The notes beneath the pieces are model-generated. The model did not search any database, was not told where the DNA came from, and worked only from the letters and a program-made list of their open reading frames with translations. A DNA stretch of 64,000 bases, taken from the IMG/VR virus record IMGVR_UViG_3300037257_000073. The stretch is one strand, 5' to 3'. The position numbers and the translations under genes are program-made. This DNA comes from a virus (Duplodnaviria; Heunggongvirae; Uroviricota; Caudoviricetes). This document shows positions 48,967-60,039 of the stretch, one piece after another (the first letter of the stretch is position 1; each line of letters begins with the position of its first letter).

Positions 48967-49191
48967 TTAAGAAAATTTATATTGTTTATTAAGAAAATTA
49001 TTTAAATCATTTAAAGAAATATTATTATCTTTATAAGGAAATGCTAAACCTTGTCTTTCATCTTCAATATAATAATTTCCTAACCAAAGAATTCCATTAA
49101 TCCATTTATATTGAACATAAGTTTGTTCAACAATTCCTGTTTCAATTGCTTCAATTTCTTTTAAAGCAAGTATTACTTCATCTTTGGACAT
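48967..49191 (-). CDS. hypothetical protein
   Basis: ORF. Confidence 0.35.
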   Translation of the reverse strand: MSKDEVILALKEIEAIETGIVEQTYVQYKWINGILWLGNYYIEDERQGLAFPYKDNNISLNDLNNFLNKQYKFS

Positions 49192-49955
49192 AATTTAAAA
49201 TTTTTGAATAAAACATATATCATAGCTAAAGCTACTAGTATGAAAATACCATCACCAACAGGTACACCTGGAGGACAATCTTCATAAACATATTCCCAAT
49301 ATCCATCAACCCAATGTTTACCTTGACATCCCCACCAATAACTCCAATAACCTTCATGCCAAACCCAACGACCACAATCTTGTGAATGATCGTTACATCT
49401 TTGAGCTATGTTCAATGCTTCTACTTTATCTTCAGATTTAGTTTCTGATAAAGATACAGCTGATTCAGTAGGAGTAGATTGTGACATAGATTGACTATGT
49501 GAAGTATTAGTTAATAAGGGAATATTTGGATAATTTGGAGATGTTACAGAAGTATTTTCATGACTATAGTTTGAAACACTTTGTTGTTGTGTTGAAACTT
49601 GTGATGAAGTAGAATTCATATGTGAAGTTATATTAGATACATTCACATTAGATGTTTGAATAGGTTCAGCTTGATATTCTACAGTAGTACTAGCTTTATA
49701 ATTTAAACCAGCACTTGAGGGCAATGCTTCATACTTTGGAGTATGATAAGTAATCGTATGAGAATCCGATTGGTAATTCGAAGGACTACCAATTGGTGAG
49801 TATAATATTACAAGTAAAATAATACTTAATAAAATACCTAAAATAGTTAAGAGTTTTTTCATATTATTTTGTATCAGGTTCGTAATAAACTTTGTCTGGA
49901 GTTGATGGTCCACTAAAGATTTTAACCGCAGCAAAGCCAAATACAAGTGCACCAA
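49173..49955 (-). CDS. Ser/Thr-rich membrane-anchored protein
   Basis: TM segment MKKLLTILGILLSIILLVIL (likely the true start near 49862); Ser/Thr-rich region; Trp-rich C-terminus. Confidence 0.4.
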   Translation of the reverse strand: MVHLYLALLRLKSLVDHQLQTKFITNLIQNNMKKLLTILGILLSIILLVILYSPIGSPSNYQSDSHTITYHTPKYEALPSSAGLNYKASTTVEYQAEPIQTSNVNVSNITSHMNSTSSQVSTQQQSVSNYSHENTSVTSPNYPNIPLLTNTSHSQSMSQSTPTESAVSLSETKSEDKVEALNIAQRCNDHSQDCGRWVWHEGYWSYWWGCQGKHWVDGYWEYVYEDCPPGVPVGDGIFILVALAMIYVLFKNFKLCPKMK

Positions 49956-50039
49956 GTGCTACTAATACTATAAACAGAAAAGAGTAAACAGATTTCTTTT
50001 TAAATTTTGTCATGATTAATTAGTTTTAAAAGTAAAACG

Positions 50040-50100
50040 GGGTGAAGATTTTATTGCCATTGTTATTTAATTCATTCAATGCATGGACTTATATCTTCAC
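50040..50100 (-). terminator. long hairpin followed by a T-run (candidate terminator)
   Basis: GGGGTGAAGAT...ATCTTCACCCC 11-bp stem, then GTTTTACTTTT on the minus strand. Confidence 0.35.
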
Positions 50101-50362
50101 CCCTCAATAGTTTAATAAACAACCTACGCTTAGGTTGAGTGAACTTCAAAGCTACCAACTTTTTTATATTCAAATAATGTCTTTACTCTTAAAGACCAAT
50201 TTCTGAACTTTTTAGCACCCTTTTCATTAGCTACATACTTTATCAGTGTACTGCTTATGAAGTTAGGGTCTTGCTGAGAACTTCCAATAGTTTAATAGTT
50301 GCATATCTCATACAGCAACATCTATTCTTTATATTACTATAAAGTTTCTAATCAGGATTTAG

Positions 50363-50773
50363 TTATTTATATCGAGGTAAATCTTGTTTAATTTTACTAT
50401 ATTCATTTCCTCCAATCATTAATCCATTTTTGTAAGCATGAATTTTATTTTCAGAATCAGTACACCATTCAAGATTTACTAATGAATTATTTAATTTATT
50501 TCCATCTATATGATTTACTTGTAAATTTTCAAAGATTGGTCTAAATGTTAACATTACTATTCTATGAACATGTAATGTTTTTATTCCATTTCTATTTTCA
50601 GCAGTAAATCTTAAATATCCAAATTTATTAGGAGATAATTTTAATATTTTCCCTTTTAATTTTCTTCCAATTTTAGATATTCTATTTAAACTTCTTATTC
50701 TTCCTAAATTAGAAACTTGATATATTTCTTCATATTCAGGAATGTCTTTTCAGATTTCTTCTATTTCTTGCAT
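50363..50773 (-). CDS. HNH homing endonuclease (NUMOD4-type N-terminus) with an in-frame TGA at 50750-50752
   Basis: MQEIEEI-TGA-KDIPEYEEIYQVSNLGRIRS; the TGA lies where the Trp of the conserved WKDIPGYEGLYQVSNLGRVRS motif sits; HNH VNHIDGNKLNNSLVNLEW. Confidence 0.6.
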
Positions 50774-50980
50774 AATTATTATTTCAGGAGGTATCCTGTA
50801 TGTTTTATTTAAATGTATAAGCAGTATCCTTGTGCAAAGGGCTGGTGATATACATCGAGAATATATTAACGACATGCCTTATGGCGGAATCGAATATACT
50901 ATCTCATATAGCTTCATACGCTATACTACCTATTTATACACTGTATGAACGAGTATTTATCAGGATTTTTTGTTGTATTT

Positions 50981-51439
50981 TTAAACTAATTCGCTAATTT
51001 TAGCGATCCGGGCTTCATACTTAGCGATTTTTTCTTGACGATTTTTCAATTCTTCGTCATAAGCTTCTTGTTTAGCTTTCATGGTTTCTTTCAAAGCTGT
51101 AATATCATCTTCTTTCGATTTGATATTATTCCAATAAATATCGGAAAATGCTTTGATCGCATCATTCGAACTGATTTCATCCGGCTTAATAGCAAGATAA
51201 GCTTCTTCCAATGCTTCTTCAGCATCTTCTAAAGCATCGGCATGTTTGTCGGTAATTAGCGCGAATTGAGTTTTGGCAGATGACATGTTTTGTTCAACTG
51301 CTTTGATTTTGTCGCGGAACATTTTGATTTGTTTATCAAAGAACTTGTCAACACGACCACTGTCGTCTAACTTCAAAAATGCCATTACTTTGGCTACTAC
51401 TTTTTTCAATACTGGAGCTGATTCTTGTTGTTCACTCAT
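50981..51439 (-). CDS. coiled-coil protein
   Basis: ORF. Confidence 0.4.
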   Translation of the reverse strand: MSEQQESAPVLKKVVAKVMAFLKLDDSGRVDKFFDKQIKMFRDKIKAVEQNMSSAKTQFALITDKHADALEDAEEALEEAYLAIKPDEISSNDAIKAFSDIYWNNIKSKEDDITALKETMKAKQEAYDEELKNRQEKIAKYEARIAKISELV

Positions 51440-51489
51440 AACTTTAATTTTTAAAAATTTAATTGATTTATTTTAATTATTTTTATTTG

Positions 51490-54147
51490 TTAATCTTCTG
51501 AAAGATAAATAAAATCGATTTCATCATCAAAATTCTTTGATGCTATAACAGAATGTTCTGATGCAAATTTATAAGGAATATTCAATAATTTATTCATTTC
51601 ATTGTGGATTAAATTACCAATCTCTTCAGATGTAGCTTTACGAACGCAACTATTTTTAAGCATGTGATCTAAAGACCAACCACCATCACCAGCTTCAATA
51701 TGACAATCGAAACCGTCTATTTTAATTCTAGTAATTTTTGCTGTAAATGGATATGATACTTTAGTAAGTAGATTTTTACGATTACAACGACTTGACCACA
51801 ATTTAGGTTCTCTAGTAATTGTAATATAATCACCAACAGTATAACCTTCATATAATTTTGATTTAGGTTCAGTTCGTGAAATATGATCATTAATAATCTT
51901 ATTAACAACTTCCATATCAGCTAAATGCGGAGTATCCCAATAAGTATGTGCTGAATCTTTTTTCCATACTCCACGATTAATACATTCATCATATTCAAAA
52001 TGATCTGTATGAACCTTAAAACATTTACGAAAATTCTTAGCATTTCCACTAGCATCTTGCGAATACCATTTACTTACTTCGAATTTTGATGGTGTTTCAG
52101 ATTTTGGTTGAGTATATATCTTACAATACAATTCAGAATAATCACGTTTTACTGTTTCAAATGGAACTCGTTCACATACAGTTATATCTTTTAAATAAAT
52201 AAATCCACCGTTCTCAAGACATTTTTTATTACAACAATCATAATAAATTATTGTATCTATTCTTTCTTTTTCTAATTTTGCATCAGTAAATAGAAAGATA
52301 TAACTATACTTTGATAAAGTTACCCTATAAAATTCATTATGTTGAAAATTCAAATTAGGTGATGTACTTTCTGGTTTATAATCCTTTGGTAACACTTCAA
52401 AATCAGATGAAGTAGAATTGTTTGTTGTATAAGTCCAACCTTTTTCAATTTGATAAGAAACAAGTGAAAATTGATCAAGAATTTTAATAATATCACCTTT
52501 TTTTAATGATGTACTTTGTGGATGATCCACAGTTGCTCTTAAATATCGACCGGTTAAATCGTCTTCTGTTGACATAGGTTCTTCAAATTGAGTTTTTGCA
52601 AATGCTTCAGCTTCAGATTTAGTAGCAAACCATTTAGCTTCACTAGCTTTAGATAAATTACAATAATCAGTTCCATTATAAGGAAGTGATACTTTAACAG
52701 TTACTGGACCATTATCTCTTATTATTTTATCAATAGTTCCTTTAGGATGTCCACCATAATCTTTTAAAAGCACAACATAAGTGCCAACAGACCATTTTTC
52801 AGGTTGAGTTTCTTTAACAATTTCTGCCCAAGTATTTTTATCAAAGTCAAATAATGTAACTTTTTTGTCACCATCTGTTATAACTCTTTTATTTTCTTTA
52901 AAAAATGCAGGAGTTTTTAAAACAGTATATTTATCATTTGAAACCACAGGAGACATAACAATAGTACCAATAGGATAACGACGAATTGCTTCGTCTAAAA
53001 CTTCTTGAGTATCACGTTCATTCCAATCTTTTTTCGCTAATTCAACTATTTCAGCCCATTTACCACAAAGAAATACATGACATTGTCTAGCTTCATCACA
53101 TACATTATTTCTTGGATCAATTGTTAATTTAGATCCTAATGTATATATTGATCCAGTTGGTTTATTTCTGTATTTAGTTCCAATAGGATACCTTTTATTA
53201 GCTTCAGCAAGAAGTTCTTCTTTAGAAACTTTAGTCCAATCCTTTTCTGTATTAGTTGAAGTTTCTTTCAAAACATATTGTTTGAATTGAGTAAAAGTTA
53301 TTTCTTCATATTCACTAAGCTTATCAGTATTTTTTGACAAACTATTAAACTTACCAGGACTTATACATAACCAATAATTTTGTACATTACTGTTAGTCCA
53401 CCCTTTTGATTTAAATAATTCATTAGCATAAGGAATAAGAAGTTTACCTTCAGCTTCAGAAGTAGCTATAACACGCCATTTTAATGGTAATGTGAATTCT
53501 TTAGGTTTAAATACCCATTTTTTAAACTGATCCATTGTGAGTTCAGGAACTTCTAAATGATTTATATTATTCCAAGCACCATCTTCAAATAAATAACCGG
53601 CAGTTCCTCTATATTCATCATCATAACGAGATGTTTTTTTTCGCCATTCACTAATCAATTCAAAATCAGGCATAAGTTTATTAACAGCAATACACCATTT
53701 TTTAGGTAATGAAGTTAATTCAGAATTCCATAAATCATAAAGAATTTGAGCTCTTTCTTTAGGATTACTTCCTTTTAATTTTAAATAAACTTCTTCATAT
53801 GGACAAGTTGCACCTAATGAAATATGATTTTCTAATCCGTATAAAGAAAATGATCTTTCTTTGGTTTCTTTAAGCCACCTTTCTAATAAATCATCAGAAA
53901 CAAATGGATCATAACCTAAAAGTTCTTGAATAGTTATTTCTGTTTTATTATTACTATTATGTCTTGAATAAAATTCTTTTTCTCTAGTATTAACTATATA
54001 AGGCCATGTTCCTCCACTAAATTGACGATATAAAGTATCTTTAGGAACAGAAGTATTCCATCCTTGACCTATTAATTTATCATATACTTTTTCAAATATT
54101 TCAAAAGTAATAGACGGATTATATTTTAAATATTTATTCTTTAACAT
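51490..54147 (-). CDS. giant multi-repeat protein (885 aa), paralog of 37880-40033
   Basis: shared motifs GKWAEIV and KWFATKSEAEAFAKTQ; every Trp is TGG. Confidence 0.5.
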   Translation of the reverse strand: MLKNKYLKYNPSITFEIFEKVYDKLIGQGWNTSVPKDTLYRQFSGGTWPYIVNTREKEFYSRHNSNNKTEITIQELLGYDPFVSDDLLERWLKETKERSFSLYGLENHISLGATCPYEEVYLKLKGSNPKERAQILYDLWNSELTSLPKKWCIAVNKLMPDFELISEWRKKTSRYDDEYRGTAGYLFEDGAWNNINHLEVPELTMDQFKKWVFKPKEFTLPLKWRVIATSEAEGKLLIPYANELFKSKGWTNSNVQNYWLCISPGKFNSLSKNTDKLSEYEEITFTQFKQYVLKETSTNTEKDWTKVSKEELLAEANKRYPIGTKYRNKPTGSIYTLGSKLTIDPRNNVCDEARQCHVFLCGKWAEIVELAKKDWNERDTQEVLDEAIRRYPIGTIVMSPVVSNDKYTVLKTPAFFKENKRVITDGDKKVTLFDFDKNTWAEIVKETQPEKWSVGTYVVLLKDYGGHPKGTIDKIIRDNGPVTVKVSLPYNGTDYCNLSKASEAKWFATKSEAEAFAKTQFEEPMSTEDDLTGRYLRATVDHPQSTSLKKGDIIKILDQFSLVSYQIEKGWTYTTNNSTSSDFEVLPKDYKPESTSPNLNFQHNEFYRVTLSKYSYIFLFTDAKLEKERIDTIIYYDCCNKKCLENGGFIYLKDITVCERVPFETVKRDYSELYCKIYTQPKSETPSKFEVSKWYSQDASGNAKNFRKCFKVHTDHFEYDECINRGVWKKDSAHTYWDTPHLADMEVVNKIINDHISRTEPKSKLYEGYTVGDYITITREPKLWSSRCNRKNLLTKVSYPFTAKITRIKIDGFDCHIEAGDGGWSLDHMLKNSCVRKATSEEIGNLIHNEMNKLLNIPYKFASEHSVIASKNFDDEIDFIYLSED

Positions 54148-54386
54148 GTCTTTTTAGATTTAATTAATAACTCTGGTACATAATACCGTTGAATACACGC
54201 ATGAAATTGATTTCTACTATTAGATACTCGAGCAAGATCAGCTTCATTACAATTAAATTGCAACATAACATAATCAGGCAAAAGTTCTAAGTTCTGTAAC
54301 TGACGACACACTATTTGGGATAACGGAGCAACAGCTTCGTCAGTCCAAATAGCATTAGTGTCATTAAATGTTATGAGTTTTATCAT
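54141..54386 (-). CDS. hypothetical protein
   Basis: ORF. Confidence 0.35.
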   Translation of the reverse strand: MIKLITFNDTNAIWTDEAVAPLSQIVCRQLQNLELLPDYVMLQFNCNEADLARVSNSRNQFHACIQRYYVPELLIKSKKTC

Positions 54387-54388
54387 AT

Positions 54389-54805
54389 TTAAAAATTATC
54401 GTACCACCATTTTTTGGTGAACACATGACTACCACAAATTAACCACAATAAAGTTATTCCAAATAAAAGTATAGATGATATAATACCACATATATAAGAA
54501 CATTTAAAAATAATTGGAAGTTCTATCTCTTTGGTTTTATTACCAATATATGAATCTTTAAGTTTTATTTTATTAAATTCTTTACGAGGAACATCAATAA
54601 ATTCACCAAAATCATCTTTATATGTAACAAAAATTTGTAAATCATTGTCACCAAGATCCCACATTCCAGTAACAGTACCTTTTTGATGAATAATCGTACC
54701 TTGATAACTTGGATTATAACAAAAATATCCAAATGAAAAACACATAAAAAAGAATATTGCAATAAATATTCCTTGTCTTACGTAATCTAATATTTTAATT
54801 ATCAT
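54389..54805 (-). CDS. membrane protein
   Basis: TM segments. Confidence 0.4.
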   Translation of the reverse strand: MIIKILDYVRQGIFIAIFFFMCFSFGYFCYNPSYQGTIIHQKGTVTGMWDLGDNDLQIFVTYKDDFGEFIDVPRKEFNKIKLKDSYIGNKTKEIELPIIFKCSYICGIISSILLFGITLLWLICGSHVFTKKWWYDNF

Positions 54806-54885
54806 ACTATCTAGATTTAATGATGTTAGTTATCATCACTGCAGCTATCGCTACAATGATGATGATTCCTAAGGATAATTGCATG

Positions 54886-55206
54886 TTACAATTTATTAAT
54901 GAATTTGTAATAAGAATCAAAATTAGAATTACCTCGATCAGGAGACATATATTCACATTCCCAACCAGCTTTGTGATAAAGAGATTCGAAATCTAAATAT
55001 TTTTTATCATATAAATGTCTTTCAAATGATGAACGATTTTCATATTCAGTTTGATCCGGATGATTAAAAGCTTTAGTAATGATTTCTTTCTTTGTAATTG
55101 TAAAAGACCCACCATTATATCTTTCTTCAATCAATTGATTCACTGAATCAATGATATAATCAGGTAAAATACGTTTAACCTGATTTGGTCTAATTGGTTC
55201 AATCAT
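54886..55206 (-). CDS. hypothetical protein
   Basis: ORF. Confidence 0.4.
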   Translation of the reverse strand: MIEPIRPNQVKRILPDYIIDSVNQLIEERYNGGSFTITKKEIITKAFNHPDQTEYENRSSFERHLYDKKYLDFESLYHKAGWECEYMSPDRGNSNFDSYYKFINKL

Positions 55207-55354
55207 TTTACTTGTAAGATATTAAAGTATCAGACTTTGCATTCCATGCTTTACGCATAATTTGCTTTTCATTTTGAGATGAGGTTAATATTTTACCTGC
55301 TTTAACCTTTTTGTGTTTAGTAACCACTTCGGATAATACAATAGTTTTTTCCAT
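55205..55354 (-). CDS. small basic protein (49 aa)
   Basis: ORF MEKTIVLSEVVTKHKK..., sits directly downstream of repeat R1. Confidence 0.3.
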
Positions 55355-55361
55355 TTTTAAT

Positions 55362-55435
55362 TTGTTTTGAGTTTATACATAATGTGTTTCGTCCAGCCTC
55401 TTCAGTAAACTTTTTAGCCTCTTCTGGATGAGGTG
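55362..55435. promoter_or_regulatory. conserved intergenic repeat R1
   Basis: TTTTGAGTTT + variable hairpin + TTTCGTCCAG + CCAG..CTGG hairpin. Confidence 0.45.
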
Positions 55436-55559
55436 AATAAAAACGCAGCGGACGTTATAACCGCTGCGTTTAAATCAAATAATAATACTAATATACTTCA
55501 CATTTCACAATGTTCTGTATAAATCCAATAAAAATTTACAAATACTAACTATGGCTTAA

Positions 55560-56048
55560 TTATTTTAAGAGAATTTTAGCAAATGATGTATCATTCTTCA
55601 TTTTCTCAATGAGTTCTTTAGAAGACATTTTCTTGGCTTCATCAAGTAATTTATTTTGTTGATCGACAACACCTAAGCTTGTTTTAGCATCCGCAGACAT
55701 TGCTTTTAATTCGGATATAACAAATGTACTTAGTTCTTTAGGAATTTGTTTACATGTTGAATCAGTTGTAACATAATTCATAGCAGTTCCACCACCAATG
55801 ATTAACAACGTATCTTTTTTACTTGGTATGAATGCATGAGCAAGTAAACAAATTGAGAATATTGGAATTATCCAACGTAAAGGTTTACTACAACGATCAT
55901 TTAAATCTTCATCACTTTCGATAAATGAAACCAGCTTCAATATAACATTGAGTGCTAAAAGAATTCCGAAGATAATTAATACTCCTAAAAGTACATGTTT
56001 GAAACCATCGACTACTGTGAGCCAATAAAAGAGTTTAATATAATCCAT
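55560..56048 (-). CDS. membrane protein
   Basis: TM segments. Confidence 0.4.
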   Translation of the reverse strand: MDYIKLFYWLTVVDGFKHVLLGVLIIFGILLALNVILKLVSFIESDEDLNDRCSKPLRWIIPIFSICLLAHAFIPSKKDTLLIIGGGTAMNYVTTDSTCKQIPKELSTFVISELKAMSADAKTSLGVVDQQNKLLDEAKKMSSKELIEKMKNDTSFAKILLK

Positions 56049-56055
56049 TTTGTTT

Positions 56056-56364
56056 TTATTTATTTAATAATTTATTCATATATAAATCAAAATTTTCTTT
56101 ACATGAAGTGAGAACTCCAACTTGATATGGTAATTCATTAGAAATATGAATATTATAATTTTTATCTTCTATTTTTAATAGTTCAGAATTTATAAATTCA
56201 GCAATACCTTTTGGAAGCCAAGCAGATGCTCTAATATGAGGTTTATCTTTAAATAAAACTTCACCTACAATTTGATCACTTTCAGGTACATTTGGATTTT
56301 GTGATTCATATACTCTAATTAATATATCACATTCATAACTTTTATTTAATGTAATTTTATTCAT
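56056..56364 (-). CDS. hypothetical protein
   Basis: ORF. Confidence 0.4.
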   Translation of the reverse strand: MNKITLNKSYECDILIRVYESQNPNVPESDQIVGEVLFKDKPHIRASAWLPKGIAEFINSELLKIEDKNYNIHISNELPYQVGVLTSCKENFDLYMNKLLNK

Positions 56365-56513
56365 ATTTTAAGTTTTGAAATAAGTGTGAAAGGTTGCACC
56401 TTTTATAAGAATTACCAACTGTAGCGCGTACACCTAATGTACCTATCTTACACACTAATTAGATTAAAAGAGTTTCCTCCCCATATTTCTATGGTTTGGA
56501 AACTCGAAAGAGT

Positions 56514-56708
56514 TTACTTTAAATAAAGACCGGTTAACATAGCAAATACAAACATTACTTCACAAAAATGAAATAATCCTATAAATATTACGAAAATCTC
56601 GAATTCTTTAAGTACGACACGATGTAACCAATTAAATAAATGGGTTATTATTGTATGAGCGATAACAATCAACAATACTCCAAATGCGGGTTCGAATGTG
56701 ATATGCAT
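56514..56708 (-). CDS. small membrane protein
   Basis: hydrophobic. Confidence 0.3.
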   Translation of the reverse strand: MHITFEPAFGVLLIVIAHTIITHLFNWLHRVVLKEFEIFVIFIGLFHFCEVMFVFAMLTGLYLK

Positions 56709-56784
56709 TATTTAAATAGTGTTAAGATAAATAATCCAACTGACACACACATTATTACAATAGCAATAGCTTTAAATAGTTTCA

Positions 56785-56961
56785 TTACTTACAAGTTTTA
56801 GTACGATAAATTGCACATGTTTTACCTAACATATCAAAGTTTTCTTCGGATGTAGCAAGCTCTCTTCTTTGATAAGCTGCTTGTCTTGGAGTTAAACCTG
56901 ATATTATTTCTACTTTTACATTGTTACCTGTTATGGCGATGATTGATTTAGTTTTTGACAT
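56785..56961 (-). CDS. small protein (58 aa)
   Basis: ORF trimmed to MSKTKSII..., immediately downstream of R2. Confidence 0.35.
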   Translation of the reverse strand: MSKTKSIIAITGNNVKVEIISGLTPRQAAYQRRELATSEENFDMLGKTCAIYRTKTCK

Positions 56962-56971
56962 AATCTTATTT

Positions 56972-57046
56972 GTTTTTGAGTTTGATATGTTTAAACATAT
57001 TTCGTCCAGTCTCATCAGAAACTATTTTATACTCTACTGGTTGAGT
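56972..57046. promoter_or_regulatory. conserved intergenic repeat R2
   Basis: TTTTGAGTTTG + palindrome ATATGTTTAAACATAT + TTTCGTCCAG + hairpin CCAGT..ACTGG. Confidence 0.45.
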
Positions 57047-58036
57047 TAATAAAAAAGAGAGTACACACTATATGTCCAAATGCGACGATGTGTACTCCCT
57101 TAGTGTTTGTTATCAAAATTAATATGATAACCATTGTTTACTTCGCGGTACATCACCGATAAAATCGGTGAATCTAACCGGGAAGCATTCTTTCGTAATA
57201 AAGAGCTTCACCCTTTTGCTCCCATAGCCAGTTTCAGGACGATATTACGTTGGCTTGTTTTTGACACCAGCAATTAGCACGGCATCGGTTTTAGTATACC
57301 TATCTTTTATTAATTTGTCTTCAAGGATTGACAGAATGGATGCTATTTGTACATATAGCCGTTATACCTTACACTCGGAAGTTCCACACTTTCATCGGAG
57401 GATTGCGCACAGGTTTTCATTATACTTATTTGCAGTTAGTATTATACTGTTTAAAGGCATCAAACCACCATACTGAATCTCTTCTTGATTAGTTATTCAG
57501 ATATGCTTCTTATATAAGAGATTATATTATTTATAACGTTATTATATAGAGAATATACATATCCAACCGTTTATCTGATGAAAGTTGCTTGATGCTAAGA
57601 GTTTAAAGTATATTTACAATAATTGCAGCTAATAAAAATCCAGCTGCGGCAGCATATAAATGCGACATAATATGATTTTCTTTATCAAAACATATTAATC
57701 CCATAAATATATCAAATGCTAAACATAGACTGAGTATAATTACCATTAGCTTATGTATTTAAACATTAATATTCCACAATCAATAAGTAAAGAAAGCATT
57801 ACATATCCCATTCGTGATTCTTCTTGCCATTTGATAATATTGAATTGTAGTCCAATAAATGAACCTAACAAGTAAAAGATAATCCATGGTGCAATGTATA
57901 ATAGAGTTTTTTCAGTTTTAGTCATGTTTTTTGATTTTACATTCTATTGATATAAACATTGCACACAATTCTACAAATAAATAGAAGATTAAGAACGGTG
58001 ATAAACAAATTACTATTGCTTGAGTTTTAGTTAACA

Positions 58037-58330
58037 TTATAGATCTTCATTTTTAAATTTGGTGATGAAATTATCTAACCATTTAAATCGGATATTAAAG
58101 CGAACTCTTTTTATGAGTTTATCGCATAACATACAGATAAAAACAATTAATAATAATCCAATCATAAATATCACTATTAATGTATTTATTCCAGGAATAA
58201 ACCACATAAAATCACATTCAGCTTCATATTTACTAAATATATCTAAATACTTCGGAGATGCAATTCTATATAAGACACTACACAGAACAATGGATAATAA
58301 ATATCCAACAATTAATAAGAATAGTACCAT
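58037..58330 (-). CDS. small membrane protein
   Basis: hydrophobic. Confidence 0.3.
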   Translation of the reverse strand: MVLFLLIVGYLLSIVLCSVLYRIASPKYLDIFSKYEAECDFMWFIPGINTLIVIFMIGLLLIVFICMLCDKLIKRVRFNIRFKWLDNFITKFKNEDL

Positions 58331-58502
58331 GATTATTGTAATGGAATGTGAAACTTAATACACAACATAAGTACAATCCCACACATTATAAATCCACACG
58401 CAAAACCTCCAAGTAATACACCTGTAAGATCTTTTTCAATATAATATTTTCTTGTTAGAAATATATCGAAACATAATAAAAGTAATAATAATATTATCAT
58501 GA

Positions 58503-58775
58503 TTATTTGATTTTAAATTTATCAATTGGATACTCGTACGATGTTATATCATCATCATACACATAAACCTTGATTTTATCCCGAGATTTAATGTGTGTGA
58601 TGTAATATGTGTAAACCAATTTATGTTTTGGTTTAGTTATTGATTCAACTTGTGTAGCAATTGTGGGTTTTGTAGCTTGATGCATATGCCCACTTCTTGC
58701 TTCACAAGATGTTAATACTCGTAAAAGAATAATAACCAAAACTATTACAATAATATTAACAATAATTTTAATCAT
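58503..58775 (-). CDS. small membrane-anchored protein
   Basis: N-terminal TM. Confidence 0.3.
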   Translation of the reverse strand: MIKIIVNIIVIVLVIILLRVLTSCEARSGHMHQATKPTIATQVESITKPKHKLVYTYYITHIKSRDKIKVYVYDDDITSYEYPIDKFKIK

Positions 58776-59044
58776 TATTCTTTAGGTCTAATTGAGTTAA
58801 CACTAATACTATCGAATCCAACAAACGTTTGTTCTTTAAGTATTTGTACAGCTTCAATTGGAGTACGAGCACTAATGAATGTAGAACGTTTTAGAAACTT
58901 ACCAGAAAGATATCCTTTGTAAGTTATTGTGTAAGTTTTTGATAATACTGGAGCATGTCTTCTTGATTGAGAATTACATGCAGTAAAAGAAACAATTAAT
59001 ACTATTGCTACAACAATATTAATAATAAAGATTTTTAATTTCAT
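58775..59044 (-). CDS. small membrane-anchored protein
   Basis: N-terminal TM. Confidence 0.3.
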   Translation of the reverse strand: MKLKIFIINIVVAIVLIVSFTACNSQSRRHAPVLSKTYTITYKGYLSGKFLKRSTFISARTPIEAVQILKEQTFVGFDSISVNSIRPKE

Positions 59045-59045
59045 T

Positions 59046-59267
59046 TTAAACTGATTTTTCTAAATGAATAGCAATGTTAACAATTAATAATAGTATTATA
59101 ATACCATATAATATACATATCTTTGGTAATTTAAAGTATGTAAATACATCAACTATAAGAGCTACTAAAATTGCAACCATTACCACTATTAAAATGATAA
59201 CGATTGTAATTAATATTATGTTTAGCATTTGATTAATTTTTATGAATATTAGATGCAATATGATCAA
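59046..59267 (-). CDS. small membrane protein
   Basis: hydrophobic. Confidence 0.3.
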   Translation of the reverse strand: MIILHLIFIKINQMLNIILITIVIILIVVMVAILVALIVDVFTYFKLPKICILYGIIILLLIVNIAIHLEKSV

Positions 59268-59306
59268 ATAAAAATATTGCCATTATTATTAAACCTATTG
59301 GTCAAA

Positions 59307-59444
59307 TTAATGATGTTGTAAAAATGCTCCGATATTTTGACCGTTATTTAAATACATACTACCAGGAAAATTATATTCTAATACAAGTAATAATATTGGA
59401 CATAATATTAATCCAATAATATAAATAATGATTAATGTTATCAT
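59307..59444 (-). CDS. small membrane peptide (45 aa)
   Basis: MITLIIIYIIGLILCPILLLVL..., downstream of R3. Confidence 0.3.
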   Translation of the reverse strand: MITLIIIYIIGLILCPILLLVLEYNFPGSMYLNNGQNIGAFLQHH

Positions 59445-59454
59445 AATAAATAAG

Positions 59455-59540
59455 TTTTTGAGTTTGACGGGAGTGATGAGCTCCCCGTTTCGTCCTAGTC
59501 TCTTCAGAAACTGATGTTATACTCTCCTAGGCTGAGTCAT
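59455..59540. promoter_or_regulatory. conserved intergenic repeat R3
   Basis: TTTTGAGTTTG + hairpin ACGGGAG..CTCCCCGT + TTTCGTCCTAG + hairpin CCTAG..CTAGG. Confidence 0.45.
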
Positions 59541-59811
59541 ATTGTTCTTACATCACTGTAATACTAAATATAGTTGGGATAGAAATAATGATAATTAGAA
59601 AGAAATACAGACTGATGAGGAATGTATATTGTAAAAAAGACTCATGATAGGCTCCGGACTATTATGCACCGTATGCAACACCGTCGGACGACGGTTAATC
59701 AAATCATAAGTCTTTTATGAAAGTAAACATAATTGAACCCGGGATATCTGTACCGTACTAAAAACCATCAGATCTAATGATTTTTTCAATTATGTTTATG
59801 AGAGAGTATTG

Positions 59812-60039
59812 CTACTTTTTATGTTTATCTATAGTATTTATCATTTGATAAAACTTATAATAGATTATACCTATTGATGCAACAAATAATACAAATGGCC
59901 AAAATAATGACATCATTCCATAACCCAATGCATAATCAGCAGGATCATCACATTCTAAAACATTTGGAAAGAACTTTGTGAAAAGCATAATAATGAATGG
60001 GAATAACGGAATTCCAATGAGATAAATTGTTATTATCAT
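59812..60039 (-). CDS. small membrane protein
   Basis: hydrophobic. Confidence 0.3.
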   Translation of the reverse strand: MIITIYLIGIPLFPFIIMLFTKFFPNVLECDDPADYALGYGMMSLFWPFVLFVASIGIIYYKFYQMINTIDKHKK

